The notes below the pieces were generated by a model that saw nothing but the letters and a program-made list of their open reading frames with translations, was not told where the DNA came from and made no database searches. A stretch of 64,000 nt of DNA, from NCBI GenBank assembly GCA_963794325.1, contig CAWCDG010000004.1:1152001-1216000 (forward strand), in the 5' to 3' direction. Position 1 is the first letter of the stretch, and each line of letters starts with the position of its first letter. The translations under genes were made by a program, and so were the position numbers. This document shows, piece by piece, positions 30,974-40,795 of this stretch. Source of the stretch: an uncultured delta proteobacterium (GTDB lineage: Bacteria; Desulfobacterota; Binatia; Binatales; Binataceae).

Positions 30974-31122
30974 GTTAGGTTGCCTGCATCATCCACAACT
31001 CTAATAGCCGCAGCGCGCGCGCTGCATCGGCGCGTTGCCATCCCCTGATACGTTCGACTACTAATTAATCTTCGACGGTCGCTGCCAGCGATCATCGTTC
31101 GGGATGAGAAGGAGAATTCGCG

Positions 31123-31491
31123 ATGAACGGTGACAGCCGAAAACCGCAAGCCAACGTGATTGCGGCCCTGACCTACCTGCTGGGCTTCGTCACAGGCATC
31201 ATTTTTCTGTACCTCGAGCCCTACAACGAGGACGAGTTCATCCGCTTTCACGCCCGACAGTCGATCGGTTTCTCAGTTGCGTGGTTCGCTATTCACATTG
31301 TCCTCGGCGTCTTCATCGCGGTGCTGCCGCATGGATTGGGCGCGCTGTTCAATTTCATCCTGACCCTGATCGACATCGCGCTCGCCGTGTTTTGGGTTGT
31401 GCTCATGTACAAAGCGTACAATGGCGAGCGCTACCGAATCCCCGAGCTCGCCGACATCGTCGACAGCATCGCCGGCACCCCCGCGTCCTAG
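31123..31491 (+). CDS. DUF4870/Tic20-like small membrane protein
   Basis: AAGGAG RBS; AALTYLLGFVTG, FIRFHARQS, KAYNGERYRIP. Confidence 0.85.
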   Translation: MNGDSRKPQANVIAALTYLLGFVTGIIFLYLEPYNEDEFIRFHARQSIGFSVAWFAIHIVLGVFIAVLPHGLGALFNFILTLIDIALAVFWVVLMYKAYNGERYRIPELADIVDSIAGTPAS

Positions 31492-31508
31492 GATTCATCC
31501 CAGCAAAT

Positions 31509-31555
31509 TCCGGTTCCTCTTCCCGCGAGGACCGAAAAAAGGCGGTAGGGTTAGG
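31509..31555 (+). repeat. Family B REP-like copy between convergent genes
   Basis: TCCGGTTCCTCTTCCCGCGAGGACCG...GTAGGGTTAGG. Confidence 0.8.
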
Positions 31556-31567
31556 TTGCTGATGCCT

Positions 31568-33703
31568 CTACTTGTTCGACGTCGTCGTGCCCGCGACCTT
31601 TTCTCCGCCCTTCGCGACCGGCGCATCCTCAGCCGCCTGCCCATTGCCGTCCGCAGTCTTTTCCGCCGCGTCTTCCGCGACGGGCACCACTTGCGACTGG
31701 ATATTCGCGATACCCTGCGCCGCCAGGCGCAAGCCCGGCTCGCGGTTGATCGCATCGAGCACGCGCCGCGAAATTTCATCGGTGATTTGCGGCGCGGTGT
31801 AGGTCTCCGCGGGATACCGGATAACTATCTCGAGCCCCGACTGACTCAGATGCAGCCGGCTCTGCGGTTTGGGCGTTTCGAGCATGATATTGAGGTCGCG
31901 CTCCAGATGCCGGTAGTCGCGCATCACGCGGTCGCGGTAGCGCGCGAACACTTCGTCGACCGCGTCGAGCAAGCGCTTCTCCGCCAGCCGGTAATCGACG
32001 TCGGGCGCGAGCGTGAGCCGCACCTCGTTCCATACGAAGCTGGTGCCGGGCGCCTGCTTGAAGAAGTTGCCCGACGGCTGAAACACGATCGCGTTCGAGA
32101 ACACCGCCACGCGCCCGGTGGGCTCGCGATGCGTCCCCGTCCCGCCCAATTCCATCAGCGAAAGTTTCACCAGCCCGATATCGATAACGTCTCCGGTCAC
32201 GCCGCCGATTTGGACGCGATCGCCGGCTTTGATTCCGAATCGCCCGATTAGAAAGAAGTAGCCGGCGATCGACAGGATCACGTTCTGCAGCGCTACCGCG
32301 ATACCCGCGGCGGCAAATCCCACCACGGTGGCGGCCGATCCGATCTCGTCGGAAAAGTTGACCATCAAGATGGTCACGATCAGCATGCCGAGCACGAAGC
32401 GCCGCGCCGCCATCACCTGCCCGCGGCGCCGGATATCGCTGACGTAGCGATTGGTGATCCATTTCCACACCAGCGATCCGAGGAAAATCACCAGCAACGA
32501 GGCGGCCAGCACGCTCAGGCGAATCAGCAGGCTGCGGAATTCCTTGTTCCAGCGCTGTTCGATCGCGCCGTGCCATCGGCCGACGTTGTTGGTGTAAATC
32601 CCCAGCAGCACGATTTGCTTGCTGAGCGGCAGCGCGATTGCGCTCAGCATCTTGTGCTCGTCGAGCAGGCCCTCGAACGAAGTTTTCTGATTCTTGAGGG
32701 TCGCGACGTCGAAGCCGCCGGCTCCATTCGCCAGCGCTTTGCCACGCGTGTCCAGGCCGCCGATCAAGCCGATGATAGATTTGCGGACATCCGCGGCGCG
32801 CGCCGACAGCCCCTGCGCGAGCGCGATGTTCTGTTCCAGGGCGTCGAGCTTGTTGCTCAGCGCGAACAGGTCGGAGACGAGGCTCAGAATCCCGGTCGGC
32901 TCAGCCCGCACCGGGAGACCAGTGTCGGCCGCCAAGGTAATCGGTTTCTTGTTGGCATCGGGAATCGAATGCTCGAGCTCGTCTATCTGGGCGGCGAGCG
33001 TGCTGGTCTGATCGGGCGACGCACTCCCGCTCTCGAACTGAGCGAGCGCGTTCAGCGCGTCGACGCGCGCCTGGGTGAGGTCGAGCTCGTTCTGCGCGCC
33101 CTGAATTTCGGAGGCGATCGCAGCGCGCTGTCGCGCCGGCGCTTTCGCCAGGCGAGCTTGTAAATCCTTGATACGCGCGCGGAGCGCGTTATCGGCGGCG
33201 TCGAGCGTCGCGGCGTTCTGCGCGATATTGCCCAGTGCCGCGGAGCCGGGCGAGTTGCCCGGCCCGGCGATCGCGCCGGCAGTCGGGTTGGTCTTGGCGA
33301 TAAACGCAGCCTGCGCGCGCGCAGTCTCGAAGGCCAGGCGCAGAACTTCGGCCGCCGTCTGGCGGTCGTTGGCGAAGAATAAAGTCTCGTCGGGATCGCG
33401 CACGAGTTGCGCTTCGCTGCCGAGATGCCCGTACCAGTTGATCACGTCGGTGAGGTACGCGATGACGCTGTGTGCGTCGAGCGGCAGCGCGCGCGATGCC
33501 GCCGCAGGACTTGCCGCAGCCTGCGGCTGCGGCGCGCCCGTCGCGACGACCGACGGCGCGGCCGACGCGCTCTGCGCGCCGGGCGTCGCCTTCGAACTCT
33601 GCGCAAACGCAGGCGCAATCGCGATTGCTGCGGCAATCGCAAACACGCCTGCCACCAGCAGGCGCAGGCTTATCGAGAGACTCGAAATCTTGAGAAATCG
33701 CAT
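31568..33703 (-). CDS. Small-conductance mechanosensitive channel (MscS family) with large periplasmic coiled-coil domain
   Basis: Signal peptide; AGIAVALQNVILSIAGYF, GDRVQIGGVTGDVIDIG. Confidence 0.9.
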   Translation of the reverse strand: MRFLKISSLSISLRLLVAGVFAIAAAIAIAPAFAQSSKATPGAQSASAAPSVVATGAPQPQAAASPAAASRALPLDAHSVIAYLTDVINWYGHLGSEAQLVRDPDETLFFANDRQTAAEVLRLAFETARAQAAFIAKTNPTAGAIAGPGNSPGSAALGNIAQNAATLDAADNALRARIKDLQARLAKAPARQRAAIASEIQGAQNELDLTQARVDALNALAQFESGSASPDQTSTLAAQIDELEHSIPDANKKPITLAADTGLPVRAEPTGILSLVSDLFALSNKLDALEQNIALAQGLSARAADVRKSIIGLIGGLDTRGKALANGAGGFDVATLKNQKTSFEGLLDEHKMLSAIALPLSKQIVLLGIYTNNVGRWHGAIEQRWNKEFRSLLIRLSVLAASLLVIFLGSLVWKWITNRYVSDIRRRGQVMAARRFVLGMLIVTILMVNFSDEIGSAATVVGFAAAGIAVALQNVILSIAGYFFLIGRFGIKAGDRVQIGGVTGDVIDIGLVKLSLMELGGTGTHREPTGRVAVFSNAIVFQPSGNFFKQAPGTSFVWNEVRLTLAPDVDYRLAEKRLLDAVDEVFARYRDRVMRDYRHLERDLNIMLETPKPQSRLHLSQSGLEIVIRYPAETYTAPQITDEISRRVLDAINREPGLRLAAQGIANIQSQVVPVAEDAAEKTADGNGQAAEDAPVAKGGEKVAGTTTSNK

Positions 33704-33770
33704 CGCGGCTTAGTCCGGATCTGGCGGGAAAGCCAAAGAAAAACCTTACCATCGCCGAACCGATAGTTCG

Positions 33771-33953
33771 ATTCCCCTCTCCCCACGTGCGGAGGTGTCA
33801 CGGACACGCGGTCGCCGCGCGCTGCCCTCGAAAAAACTTCTAACAGGGACCCTACGAGTACTCAGGGTAAACTCCGTCCCGCATCTTTCTTAATTCTAAG
33901 GTGCAGGGTTTAACCCTGCCCAAGGAAGTGTGAAACCCACGGCGGGTTTCACG
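33771..33953. repeat. Composite palindromic repeat (partial M3-like, M5 with extra insert, M2-M1)
   Basis: CTAACAGGGAC...GTCCCGCATCTTT; GCAGGGTT-T-AACCCTGC; M1 at 33930-33952. Confidence 0.85.
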
Positions 33954-33973
33954 TACGATTCTTCGTCCCGCGC

Positions 33974-35053
33974 TCAGTACCCGACAGGCACGGCGGCGCT
34001 CGCGTCAGGCGCCAAGTCCGCGTAGCGCGCGGGCGGTGTCCATGGCGTCCCGAGCGCGTCGAACTCGCGCATCAGCGCGTCGATATCCTTGACGTTGGCG
34101 GTCTTGCGAATCAAATCGCGGACCATCACCGGCCGCTCGTTGAGGCGCTGACGCACCATCGTGCGAATTCCGCGATTTGCCAGATCGTCCACAACCTTGC
34201 GCCCCGAGATTGGCTTGCCGTCGAGCGTGAGCAGCGTGCGCGCCTGGATTTCGGACAGCGCGGTGCGCAGATACTCGACATGCGGCGCCTCGTCGGAGCG
34301 GATGTAGCGCACCAGATTGGCGGCGTCGTCGGGCGCGTCGGAGACTTCGGGATCGGAGAGAATCTCCTCAGCCCAGGCGAACGTCGATGCGGCAAAGACC
34401 TCGATCGCGAGCACATTTGCCATGAAGCGAATCAGCCGCTCGACCGGCTCGCCAAGCTCCGGAAACATCGCGACCGGCTGCCCGCCGCGCCGCGCGATAA
34501 TCGCCGCGTAAATTTCGGGCGAGATAGCAGGATTGGACAGCGCCGCATCGCGCGCCGCGTCCCACATCTGGCGATGCCCGCCCTCTTCGCTCCATCCCGC
34601 TTCGTCGCGCGCATGCGCCTCGAACAGCCCGCTCGCAAGATGCGCCAGCGCAGTCCCCTCAGTATCCTCGCGGATAAAGGTCTTGAGCGGCGGCACCGGC
34701 AACTCACGAATCATCGCGCCAAACCCCTCGACGATCGCGATCTCCGACAGCCATCGCACCATCGGCTCGCGCACCCCCGACCGGAGCAAAAATTTCACCT
34801 GCGCAACGTTGGGTACCTGCGGCGAGACGGTATCAGCCGGAATCTCAAACAGCGCCGTGCCCGAAGTAGCAACATGCTGCTCCTGCCACGCACGGATAGC
34901 CGGCACGCGATGAGCGGTGCGCGGCGACCGATAATGCCCGTCCGCATCAAACCCGCCATGACACTTGACGCCCTTAACAATCAGAGGCTCGCGAGTATCA
35001 ACATTGGCAAGAATTTCGTCGGTGGAGAAGTTCAATCGAGATTCATGAGGCAT
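33974..35053 (-). CDS. Ferritin-like di-iron protein of unknown function
   Basis: IVEGFG, ARDEAG..GGH, IEVFA, RSDEAPHV pattern typical of di-iron four-helix bundles; start ATG 35053. Confidence 0.65.
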   Translation of the reverse strand: MPHESRLNFSTDEILANVDTREPLIVKGVKCHGGFDADGHYRSPRTAHRVPAIRAWQEQHVATSGTALFEIPADTVSPQVPNVAQVKFLLRSGVREPMVRWLSEIAIVEGFGAMIRELPVPPLKTFIREDTEGTALAHLASGLFEAHARDEAGWSEEGGHRQMWDAARDAALSNPAISPEIYAAIIARRGGQPVAMFPELGEPVERLIRFMANVLAIEVFAASTFAWAEEILSDPEVSDAPDDAANLVRYIRSDEAPHVEYLRTALSEIQARTLLTLDGKPISGRKVVDDLANRGIRTMVRQRLNERPVMVRDLIRKTANVKDIDALMREFDALGTPWTPPARYADLAPDASAAVPVGY

Positions 35054-35119
35054 GGATAGGTCACCGGTTTCGTGTGTTAGATGGAATGCCGCGAGCATTC
35101 AGCGCCTCGCGACCACTCG

Positions 35120-35135
35120 CCTAACATACGTTAGG
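35120..35135. promoter_or_regulatory. Inverted repeat, possible operator upstream of the ferritin-like gene
   Basis: CCTAAC-ATAC-GTTAGG; a minus-strand TTGACT hexamer at 35153-35148. Confidence 0.45.
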
Positions 35136-35167
35136 TTCCTGAAAATGAGTCAACGAGAGTCGACCAA

Positions 35168-36154
35168 TCATGATTTGATAGTGTAGTGCTGATCAAAAAT
35201 CTGCACGATATTCGGATTATAGAAGTTCTTTTTTGAACTCTTCGGATTTCCGGGATCCAATAGTCGCGTCTTTATGTAGCGCGGATCTGTAAGCAATGAC
35301 TTTCGAATCTCGTGATATTTCGAATCAGCCTTGAAATCTATGTATTTTCTCGAAAGCCTTTTGGTAAGCTCGTTGTAATCCCACGGGTAGGTCTTCCTGA
35401 TATCCTCTTCGCTTATATTCACATGCGGAGCTGATGGATCTGTAGTAATAAAAACCTCAGCGGTCGGATCAATCTTTGACCGTTGAAAAGAAAGGTTCAC
35501 CTTCAACGCCACATGGTAGTCCGGGTCGGCGGCGTCAATGTTCTCCTGAGTGAGTTTGGTTAGGAATGCGACTAATTTCCTTTCGTCGCTTGTCACAGAT
35601 ATGAGCGTTGCTGAGCTTTGACCGAGAAACCCGATTGGCATGAGGAACAGGTTGTATCTGGATAGATCTCGCTTGAACCAACTCTTTGCTAAGGTGATGT
35701 AGTTGCGGACAGCGGCTGTCCCAATTTCTAGCACCTGCTTGGCAAGTTGAGCTCCGGCGTTCATATAATGCGACGCATTGTCACGAATTTCGAGGAGCGC
35801 GCTGAGATTTGCTTTGAGGGCCGGATCTAATCGGGATGAAGCGTTCGAGTCCAATGCAACGATGGCCCGTCCCAGCGAGACCGTAGCGGCGGTTCCGGAT
35901 CGATTCATTTTAACGTATCGTTTTTTCGACGGAGATCCGTCCTTTTTCTGACGGGTTTCCGTCTCATAGATTGACCTAACGTCGTTCTTATTTTCTTCGA
36001 GAATCTTGGCCTTCAACAGAAGTTCCCAAGCGTTTAGTGCCAGCAGGGCGAAGGTTTCTTCGCGACATTTGAAGTCCGGCTTATTGTAGATCTCAATGGC
36101 AGCGATTATGGCTGCTTCAGATTTTTCTAATAATTGGATTGATCTTCTTCGCAT
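35168..36154 (-). CDS. DUF3644 (HEPN-like) domain protein, low GC
   Basis: AAIEIYNKP, NAWELLLKAK, RDNASH (RxxxxH); C-terminal YPWDY..LDPGNPKSS; visibly more AT-rich than neighbours. Confidence 0.8.
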   Translation of the reverse strand: MRRRSIQLLEKSEAAIIAAIEIYNKPDFKCREETFALLALNAWELLLKAKILEENKNDVRSIYETETRQKKDGSPSKKRYVKMNRSGTAATVSLGRAIVALDSNASSRLDPALKANLSALLEIRDNASHYMNAGAQLAKQVLEIGTAAVRNYITLAKSWFKRDLSRYNLFLMPIGFLGQSSATLISVTSDERKLVAFLTKLTQENIDAADPDYHVALKVNLSFQRSKIDPTAEVFITTDPSAPHVNISEEDIRKTYPWDYNELTKRLSRKYIDFKADSKYHEIRKSLLTDPRYIKTRLLDPGNPKSSKKNFYNPNIVQIFDQHYTIKS

Positions 36155-36271
36155 AGGTTCGTGTTCTCAATGAAGGAACTATGACGAACCGAGAGAGGGA
36201 CTACTAGATGGACGTGTGGACTGATTGTTAACGGTACTTGGAGGCCATTTGCCCCTTGGTCGAATTGGAGC

Positions 36272-36620
36272 TTCACGCTTCTTTCGGCAGGGTGTCTGAT
36301 TCCCTCCCACGTTCGTCGGGGAGGGTTAGGATGGGGAAAATTTGCGGCGCGATTGTCTGTTGCGCCGTACATTCTGAATCGGAAAATGTTGTCCCCCACC
36401 CGACGCTCGAGGACGAGCGTCGGCCTCCCCCCACGAACGTGGGAGGCAAGATCCGGGATTCTTCGCTACAGCAACTTTCGCTCTAGAATGACACAAAAAC
36501 CGAGTGACCATTTCCAATGACCCTGCTAACAGGGACGCCGTCCCGCATCTTTTTCTATCACTGGGTGCAGGGGTCACCCCTGCCCAAGGAAGCGTGAAAC
36601 CCACGGCGGGTTTCACTGTA
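36272..36620. repeat. Large composite repeat: truncated M1-M2, inverted CCTCCCACGTTCGT doublet, M4, M5, M2-M1
   Basis: 36303-36324 inverted against 36424-36446; 35 bp at 36450-36484 identical to 38114-38148; M1 at 36594-36616. Confidence 0.9.
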
Positions 36621-36632
36621 ATCGATTAGGGT

Positions 36633-37976
36633 TCAATGCGTGGCCGTGGTCGCGATAACTGGCAGGCCTTCGCTTGGCGCGAATGCTATGCCGCGGCGGG
36701 TGGCGCGCGCTTTGTAGCCATCCACCGGCTTCAATTCTACTCGCGATAGGATTTCTGCGATTACGATTTTCATTTGGTACGTCGCGAAGGATGCGCCCAG
36801 GCATCGGCGGGAGCCGCCGCCGAAGGGGAAGAAGGTGTATGGGCTTTGGCGGGATTCCAGGAATCGGTCGGGGTTGAATTGGTCGGGGTTCGGCCATAGC
36901 TCGGGGCGGCGATGCACCAGGTAGATGCATGGTGCGATCGTCACGCCGGCGGGTAGGTCGCGGCCTGCGATTTTCAGCGGCCTTGTCAGTGTGCGGCCGA
37001 AGTTTGGGATTACCGGGTCCAGGCGCATCGTCTCGTTGATCACCGCCTCGACATACTTCAATTTGCCGACGTGCGACGCGTCGAGCGGCGCGCCGTTCAT
37101 TACTGAAACGGTCTCTGCGCGCGCGCGTTCCATCACGTCGGGATGCGTGAGCAGCCGGTTGATTATCCACGCCATCGTGGCTGCGGTGGTTTCGTGGCCG
37201 GCGAGCATCAGCGTGTACATCTCGTCGCGGATGACGTTGTCTGGGAGCGGCTGTTCGTTTTCGTAGCGCGCAGATAGCAGCATCGAGAGGACGTCGGCGC
37301 GTCCCTCGACGCCCTCGCGTCTCCGCCGCGCGAATTCCGCATACAGGATCGAATCGATCTGGCGCGTCAGCCTGACCGCGCGGCCCCACGGACTCCACGC
37401 GCCGGCGTCGATGCGCATCGCGGGCAGCGACAGCAGCGTTCCGAGGCCGCTCGAATAGAGCGCGAACAGTTTTTTCAGTGACGCGCGCAGTTCGGTGCCC
37501 GTGCCGTCGTCCGCGAATCCGAAAACCGTCCGGATAATTGTTTCGAAAGTGATCGCGCGCATCTGCGGATGAATCGGGAACTGCTGCCCTCTCGGCCACG
37601 ACGCGATCACATTGTCCGCCGCGCTGCGCATCGTATCGGCGTGCGACGCTACCTGCTCGCCATGAAAGGCCGGTAGCAGCAGCCGGCGTTGACGCAGATG
37701 CTCGGGGGCGTCGAGGAACAGCGACGACCGCTCGCCCATGAACGCACCGAGCGGGCGGTTGGCCTGGCCGGCATGAAGCGCGTCGGCATCTCCGAGGAAA
37801 ACCTCGCGCACCGCAGCCGGATCGCTAGTAAATACGAACGGCGAGACTCCCGGCACGCGTACGGTGAACCAATCGCCGTAACGCCGCGAGCACGTATCAA
37901 GAAATCGAAACGGATTGCGCACAAAGTCGAAAGTCGCGATCAGCCCGGGGCCGGGAGGCAGAATCGATGCAGCCAT
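36633..37976 (-). CDS. Cytochrome P450
   Basis: PPGP N-terminus, AGHETT I-helix, ETMR (ExxR), PDRF, FGGGSRRCLG heme motif; start ATG 37976. Confidence 0.96.
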   Translation of the reverse strand: MAASILPPGPGLIATFDFVRNPFRFLDTCSRRYGDWFTVRVPGVSPFVFTSDPAAVREVFLGDADALHAGQANRPLGAFMGERSSLFLDAPEHLRQRRLLLPAFHGEQVASHADTMRSAADNVIASWPRGQQFPIHPQMRAITFETIIRTVFGFADDGTGTELRASLKKLFALYSSGLGTLLSLPAMRIDAGAWSPWGRAVRLTRQIDSILYAEFARRRREGVEGRADVLSMLLSARYENEQPLPDNVIRDEMYTLMLAGHETTAATMAWIINRLLTHPDVMERARAETVSVMNGAPLDASHVGKLKYVEAVINETMRLDPVIPNFGRTLTRPLKIAGRDLPAGVTIAPCIYLVHRRPELWPNPDQFNPDRFLESRQSPYTFFPFGGGSRRCLGASFATYQMKIVIAEILSRVELKPVDGYKARATRRGIAFAPSEGLPVIATTATH

Positions 37977-37992
37977 GGGGAACTTGATTGTA

Positions 37993-38281
37993 GTGGAACC
38001 CGCCGTGGGTTCCACACCTCCCTGGGCAGGGCCGGCCCTGCACCCAGTGAAAAGTGAGAATCGCGGAATGTTGAGGACAACCTTTCTGATTCCCCCACGA
38101 ACATCGGAGGCAGGATCCGGGATTCTTCGCTACAGCAACTTTCGCTCTGAATGACACAGGGACGGAATGACACAGGAAAAAGAACCTCAGAGCAAAAGGG
38201 CGGCCTCGCCATTTTGCGATTAGTACTGGGTGCAGGGGTCACCCCTGCCGAAGGAGGTGTGGAACCCATCGCGGGTTCCAC
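37993..38281. repeat. 289-bp composite element with ~55-bp inverted termini (M1-M2...M4-M6-M2-M1), MITE/REPIN-like
   Basis: 37993-38047 is the inverted homologue of 38226-38281; no target duplication seen. Confidence 0.85.
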
Positions 38282-38356
38282 AGGATGACCGCATCGACGC
38301 TCTCAGTCTTTTGCATCCCCGCCCTCTGCTTTATACCGTAGGCGAGGATTTCCTCG

Positions 38357-39940
38357 ATGGCTGTTGCGCCTAAAACGATTCCCCCACCGACGCACGAGGT
38401 GCACGAGTTTTCCTCGACGCGCAAGTGGATCATCGCGTTCTCCGTGATGCTCGGCACGGTGCTCGAGGTCCTCGACTCCTCGATCGTCAACGTATCGTTG
38501 CCGCATATGCAGGGCAGTTTCTCCGCGAGCGTCGACGAGATCGCGTGGGTCGTCACGTCGTACCTGGTTGCTGCGGGAATCATGATCCCGATGACCGGCT
38601 GGATCGCCGAGCGCTTCGGGCGCAAGCGCTACTTCGTCGCGTCGATCGCGATGTTTATCTTGTCGTCGGCGCTGTGCGGGGTCGCGCAATCGCTCAACCA
38701 GATCGTGTTTTTCCGCCTGATGCAGGGTGCGGCCGGCGCCGCAATGATGCCGTTGTCGCAGGCGATCCTGATGGAGACCTTTCCGCCGCGCGAGCAGGCG
38801 ATGGCGATGGCGGTGTGGGGAATCGGGATGATGGTCGCGCCGATCATGGGCCCGACCATCGGCGGCTATATCACCGACGCGTGGACCTGGCGCTGGAATT
38901 TTTACATCAACGTGCCGATCGGGACGCTGGCGGCGTTCATGGTCTATCGCTTCGTCGATGACCCGTCTTACATGCGCAACTTGCGCCGCGGGCCCATCGA
39001 CCTGCTTGGTATCGCGTGCCTGTTCGTCTCGCTCGGGCTTGGCGAGATCGTGCTCGATCGCGGCGAGCGCGCCGACTGGTTCACCAGCCCGTGGGTGGTT
39101 TACTGCACGGCCGCCGCGCTGATCTCGCTCGCGATTCTCGTGTATCACGAGCTGCACACCGAAGACCCGGTCGTCGATCTCTCGATTCTCGAGAACATGA
39201 ACTTCACCCTGCCGGTCGTGCTGATAATTTTTCTGACCTTCACGCTGTACGGCACCGCAATTCTGAATCCCATTTTTCTGCAGGAGACTCTCGGCTACAC
39301 GGCGTCGAAGGCTGGACTCGTGATGGCGCCGCGCGGTTTCGGCACGATGTTCTCGATGATCATCCTCGGCACTTACGCGCGCCGCGGCGGCGACATCCGT
39401 CCGCTGGTTGGCATCGGCTTTATCTTCGTCGGAATCGCGATGTGGCGGATGTCGGGGCTGAATCTTGATTCCGATGTGCGGAGAATCGTGTGGCCGACGG
39501 TGATCCAGGGAATCGGAACCGGGTTGATATTCCCGGGCTTGTCGGCGGCCGCGCTCAGCTCGATGGAGAAATTCAAGATGGGCCGAGCGGCGAGTCTCTA
39601 TTCAGTCACGCGTAACCTCGGCGCCGCGATCGGCACGTCGTATCTGACGACGCTGCTCATCCACCGCCAGCAGGTCAATCAGAGCTACCTCGTCGAGCAC
39701 ATCACGGTCTTCACGCTGCCGCATATGCAGATGCCGGGCGGCCTCAACATGGGCAACGAATTCGCGATGGGCCATAAGCACGGCATGGCGATGCTCTACG
39801 GGATGGTGCAACGGCAGGCGGCGATGCTGTCGTTCAACGACATCTACCGCGACCTGACCGTGCTGATGCTCATCCTGGTGCCGACGTTCCTGTTCCTCAA
39901 GCGCGACACGCGCAACATGCCGGCTGAAGCTGCCCACTAA
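38357..39940 (+). CDS. DHA2 (EmrB/QacA) MFS efflux transporter
   Basis: LDSSIVNVSLP, WVVTSYL, RFGRKR, GPTIGG, WRWNFYINVPIG, RNLGAAIG. Confidence 0.95.
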   Translation: MAVAPKTIPPPTHEVHEFSSTRKWIIAFSVMLGTVLEVLDSSIVNVSLPHMQGSFSASVDEIAWVVTSYLVAAGIMIPMTGWIAERFGRKRYFVASIAMFILSSALCGVAQSLNQIVFFRLMQGAAGAAMMPLSQAILMETFPPREQAMAMAVWGIGMMVAPIMGPTIGGYITDAWTWRWNFYINVPIGTLAAFMVYRFVDDPSYMRNLRRGPIDLLGIACLFVSLGLGEIVLDRGERADWFTSPWVVYCTAAALISLAILVYHELHTEDPVVDLSILENMNFTLPVVLIIFLTFTLYGTAILNPIFLQETLGYTASKAGLVMAPRGFGTMFSMIILGTYARRGGDIRPLVGIGFIFVGIAMWRMSGLNLDSDVRRIVWPTVIQGIGTGLIFPGLSAAALSSMEKFKMGRAASLYSVTRNLGAAIGTSYLTTLLIHRQQVNQSYLVEHITVFTLPHMQMPGGLNMGNEFAMGHKHGMAMLYGMVQRQAAMLSFNDIYRDLTVLMLILVPTFLFLKRDTRNMPAEAAH

Positions 39941-40795
39941 AAAAATCTTGTGAGAGCGAAAATTTTCTTGATGAACGACGAGCGGCGTCGGGGTCATCGC
40001 GCGTGGACGCGAGGATTTGTTCTCTTAATCCTCGCGCGCTCGTCGATCTCGCCGCGATTCATCCAGGCTCGTCGAGACGGGGGACTATCGATCAAACTGT
40101 CGCGGATTGCGACAAACCCCAGTCCGGCTTGGAGCATACTGGATCATTTATTCCGAGCTGCCTGCAGCTAGGCTCGTCGAACCGCTGATAGAGCTTCATT
40201 AGCGCATCTCATTTTGCACCGGTGGGCACGATCGAAGTGCACGCAAAAAGGGGCACTTGAGCCACCGGTTGTCAAGTTTGGAATCGGATCATTATCGCTC
40301 CGACGATATTGCCCGACCTCGGTACGCGCGCTAGTTAAGAAGCCGTCAGTGATCGTGATGGCCTGAAAACGTCGCGCGGAACGCAACGGCCACGTCGGGG
40401 GAATTTGACGACCGAGTCGACGCGCGCATTATCCATCGAGCCGCTGCTTGGGATTGAGGTGAGGACGCGGGCAGGCGGGCGGGCATCGCAAAGATGCCGA
40501 GCTGGGCTGATGGTCCGATGAAAAGAGCCGGTGCGCATGGCGCAGTTTTGTTTTGGCGCTTTTCGATCTTGCAGCCCTGAAATCGACGCCGCCGCGCGCC
40601 GTGGCTGGAATTATTGGCGCGGCGCGATGGCGATAAGAACCATTTCCCGCTCTCCCCGAATCGATTTCTCACCCATCACTCGCAGCTCCAATTCGAAATT
40701 TGAAATATCCATCCGACGGCCCCTGACGGTGTCCGGCGGCAAGCCCGCGTGCGCGGCACGCCGACCGGAACTCGAAGCCCTGGGAGGTTGAGACT

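Noticed and set aside
29956-30978. 340-aa ORF on the + strand across the IS
   Set aside because: Antisense shadow of the transposase with no recognisable motifs
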